From the NCBI RefSeq assembly GCF_018350175.1, contig NC_058383.1:15626001-15690000 (forward strand): a stretch of DNA of 64,000 nucleotides, in the 5' to 3' direction. This stretch comes from Felis catus (Eukaryota). Every line of letters starts with the position of its first letter. Positions within the stretch are counted from its first letter, which is position 1. The position numbers were made by a program, and so were the translations under genes. Below are positions 62,001 to 64,000 of this stretch, in pieces. A model generated the notes under the pieces. That model searched no databases. It was given only the letters and a program-made list of their open reading frames with translations, and had not been told where the DNA came from.

Positions 62001-64000
62001 GCTCAGGTGCGATCTTGGAATTTTCCTTTGCTGTCATCTGGTATATTCTCCATACCTCTCTGGTTTTCATTCCCATTCCCTTGCCCAGGTCTTCCCTTTA
62101 CTTGGTTAATCCTTCATCTTTGGTGGAGTATACCCCTCAGTATGCCTCCTGAAAAGGCATATATAAGAAGCAAATCTTTTGTGATATTGCATGTCTGAAC
62201 ATGTCTTTAAGATTTTATTTTTGAGTAATCTTTACACCCAGCGTGGGGATCTAACTCACAACCCCAAAATCCAGAGTCACAAGCTCCACTGACTGAGCCA
62301 GCCAGATGTCCCTGAAAATACCTTTATTTTATCTTAATACTTGATTGAAAGTTTATCTGGTTATATAATTACAGATAAATAATTTTCTCTTTGAAATTAT
62401 GGCATTGCTTCACTGTCTTCTAGCTTCCCACGTTTGGGTTGACAAGGCTTATATTCTTTTTTCTTTTCTTTCTTTTCTTTTTTTTTTTTTTTAACATTTA
62501 TTCATTTTTGAGAGAGTGTGAGCAGAGGAGGGGCAGAAAGACAGGGAGACACAGAATCTGAAGTAGGCTCCAGGCTCTGAGCTGTCAGCACAGAGCCCGA
62601 CGTGGGGCTGGAACCCATGAACCATGAGTCATGACCTGACACTTAACCAACTGAACCACCCAGGTGCCCCTCTTTTTTCTTTTTTCTTTTCTTTAAAGTT
62701 TTTTAGTGTTTATTTTAGAGAGAGACACAGAGTATACGTGGGGGAGGGGCAGAGAGAGAGAGCGAGACAGAATCCAAAGCAGGTTCCAGGCTGTCAGCAC
62801 AGAGCCTGATGCAAGACTTCAACTCATAAACCACAAGTTCACAACCTGAGCTGAAGTCAGAGGCTTAACTGACGGAGCCACCCAGGCGCCCGCAAGGCTG
62901 ATACCTTCTAATTCCTGGTCCTTTCTATGTGACCTTTGTTTTCACACTAGAAGCTTTAAGAATTTTCTTTTTATCCCTAGTGTTCTATAACTTTATGATA
63001 ATGTGCCTGGATGAGGCTCATTTTCTTCACTCAGTGGTACTGGAGATGCATGTGCTTCTGTTCCTGGAAATGTCCTTTTATTACAACTTTAATAATTTCC
63101 TCCTCATCACTCTTTCTCTTTTGCTCCAATTAGTCAAATGTTGGACCACCTGACTAAAGCCTCTAATTTTTTTCTCTCCAAGACATCTGTTGGTCCTTTT
63201 ATTTTACTTTCTAAGAGATTTTCTCAACTTTGTTTTTCTAATTCTTTTACTGATTTTAAATTTCAGCTCTCATATTTTTAGTTTCCAAAATTTTAAATTC
63301 TCTGTTCCTGTTGTTTTTTAAAAACCCCCATCTTGTTCTTGTTTCTTCATCTTATTTCTACAAGAACATTAATTATAGTCCATTTACATTTTCTTTTTCT
63401 CATTACATTGTTTTTATTTCCTCTGAGATCCCTTTTTCTCTTTCTTTTGGTCTCTCTCTTTCATGTTAGAGAAGTTCTGCAAACATCCAGTGCATCTTGG
63501 CTGTGAAGAACAAAAAGTTGACAGGAGGGGCGCCTGGGGTGGCTCAGTTGGTTGGGCGTCTGACTTCAGCTCAGGTCATGATCTCACAGTCTGTGAGTTC
63601 GAGCCCTGTGTCAGGGTCTGTGCTGATGGCTCGGAGCCTGGAGCCTGCTTCGGATTCTGTGTCTCCCTCTCTCTCTGCCCCTCCCTCACTCATGTTCTGT
63701 CTCTCTGTCAAAAATAAATAAACACTAAAAAAAAAAATTAAAACAAAAAACAAAAAGTTGACTGGAGTTCTGTATATGAAGATGTGCTTCCTTAGCTGGC
63801 TTTTTTTTTTGGTCAGGGTTCTCCATGTATGATGGTACACCCATAGTATGCACATTCTCTGAAGTCCAGGTAAGTATCTTATGGCTGGAGGCTGCAAACT
63901 ACTATTTATGGAATTGCTGAATAGAGGAACACATCACTACTGGAAAAGAAAATTTTTTTAATTTTTAAAGTTTATTTATTTTGAGAGAGAGAGAGAGGCA

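Larger units (their letters stand above)
55850..63500 (-). mobile_element. Mosaic of old antisense L1 fragments (3'UTR, ORF2, ORF1) with SINE and LTR insertions
   Basis: ORF 56241-56456 resembles the L1 ORF2 end (LFIIAKTCEQPRWPSVGEWINKL); ORF 60621-60842 resembles ORF1p (EQTIEELWGSYKRRNICIIGMP...NFPKL). Confidence 0.75.
49707..64000. mobile_element. Further Can-SINEs in the TPST1 intron: ~49707-49905(+), 49907-50125(+), 52471-52685(+), 54380-54560(+), 56574-56765(+), 56767-56960(+), 57225-57448(-), 57712-57895(+), 58510-58725(+), 59060-59164(-), 59366-59570(+), 59890-60065(-), 60250-60462(-), 62210-62312(-), 62490-62670(-), 62695-62891(-), 63527-63750(+), 63950-64000(-, partial)
   Basis: Same diagnostic motifs; TSDs visible for several (TAAACTCAGTTGTGCTT, AAAATGTCTTCA, AAAAAGTTGAC). 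The span is a summary. Confidence 0.85.

Noticed and set aside
10..63897. Recurrent ORFs such as GAWVAQSV...AQVMISRSVSSSPASGSVLTAQSLEP looking like a gene family
   Set aside because: They are translations of Can-SINE copies.

Overview
Mammalian (carnivore, almost certainly felid) genomic DNA, not prokaryotic: dense tRNA-derived Can-SINEs of the feline SINEC_Fc type, L1, L2/MIR, LTR and DNA-transposon relics. Three genes lie on the minus strand in the same order as human 7q11.21. (1) The 3' end of TPST1: coding exons 49072-49122 and 46263-46309, 3'UTR exon ~44020-44577. (2) A complete KCTD7: 4 coding exons, 870 nt, 289 aa, with a CpG-island/CCAAT promoter near 30 kb. (3) A second CpG island (~1.7-2.8 kb) with a non-coding first exon, assigned to RABGEF1 by synteny only. 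Two processed pseudogenes are present: ATP5ME (11.8-12.1 kb) and HSPE1 (37.6-38.1 kb). I see no convincing new multi-gene system. The best leads are a splice donor overlapping the last codon and stop of KCTD7 that would remove exactly the terminal Trp and 1068 nt; an intact-ended Tigger-like element carrying a ready-made cassette exon in a TPST1 intron; a young antisense SINE next to a TPST1 exon; and an ATP5ME retrocopy bracketed by inverted Tigger2 ends. Gene and repeat-family names come from recalled sequence, not database searches. Repeat boundaries are approximate unless TSDs/TIRs are given.
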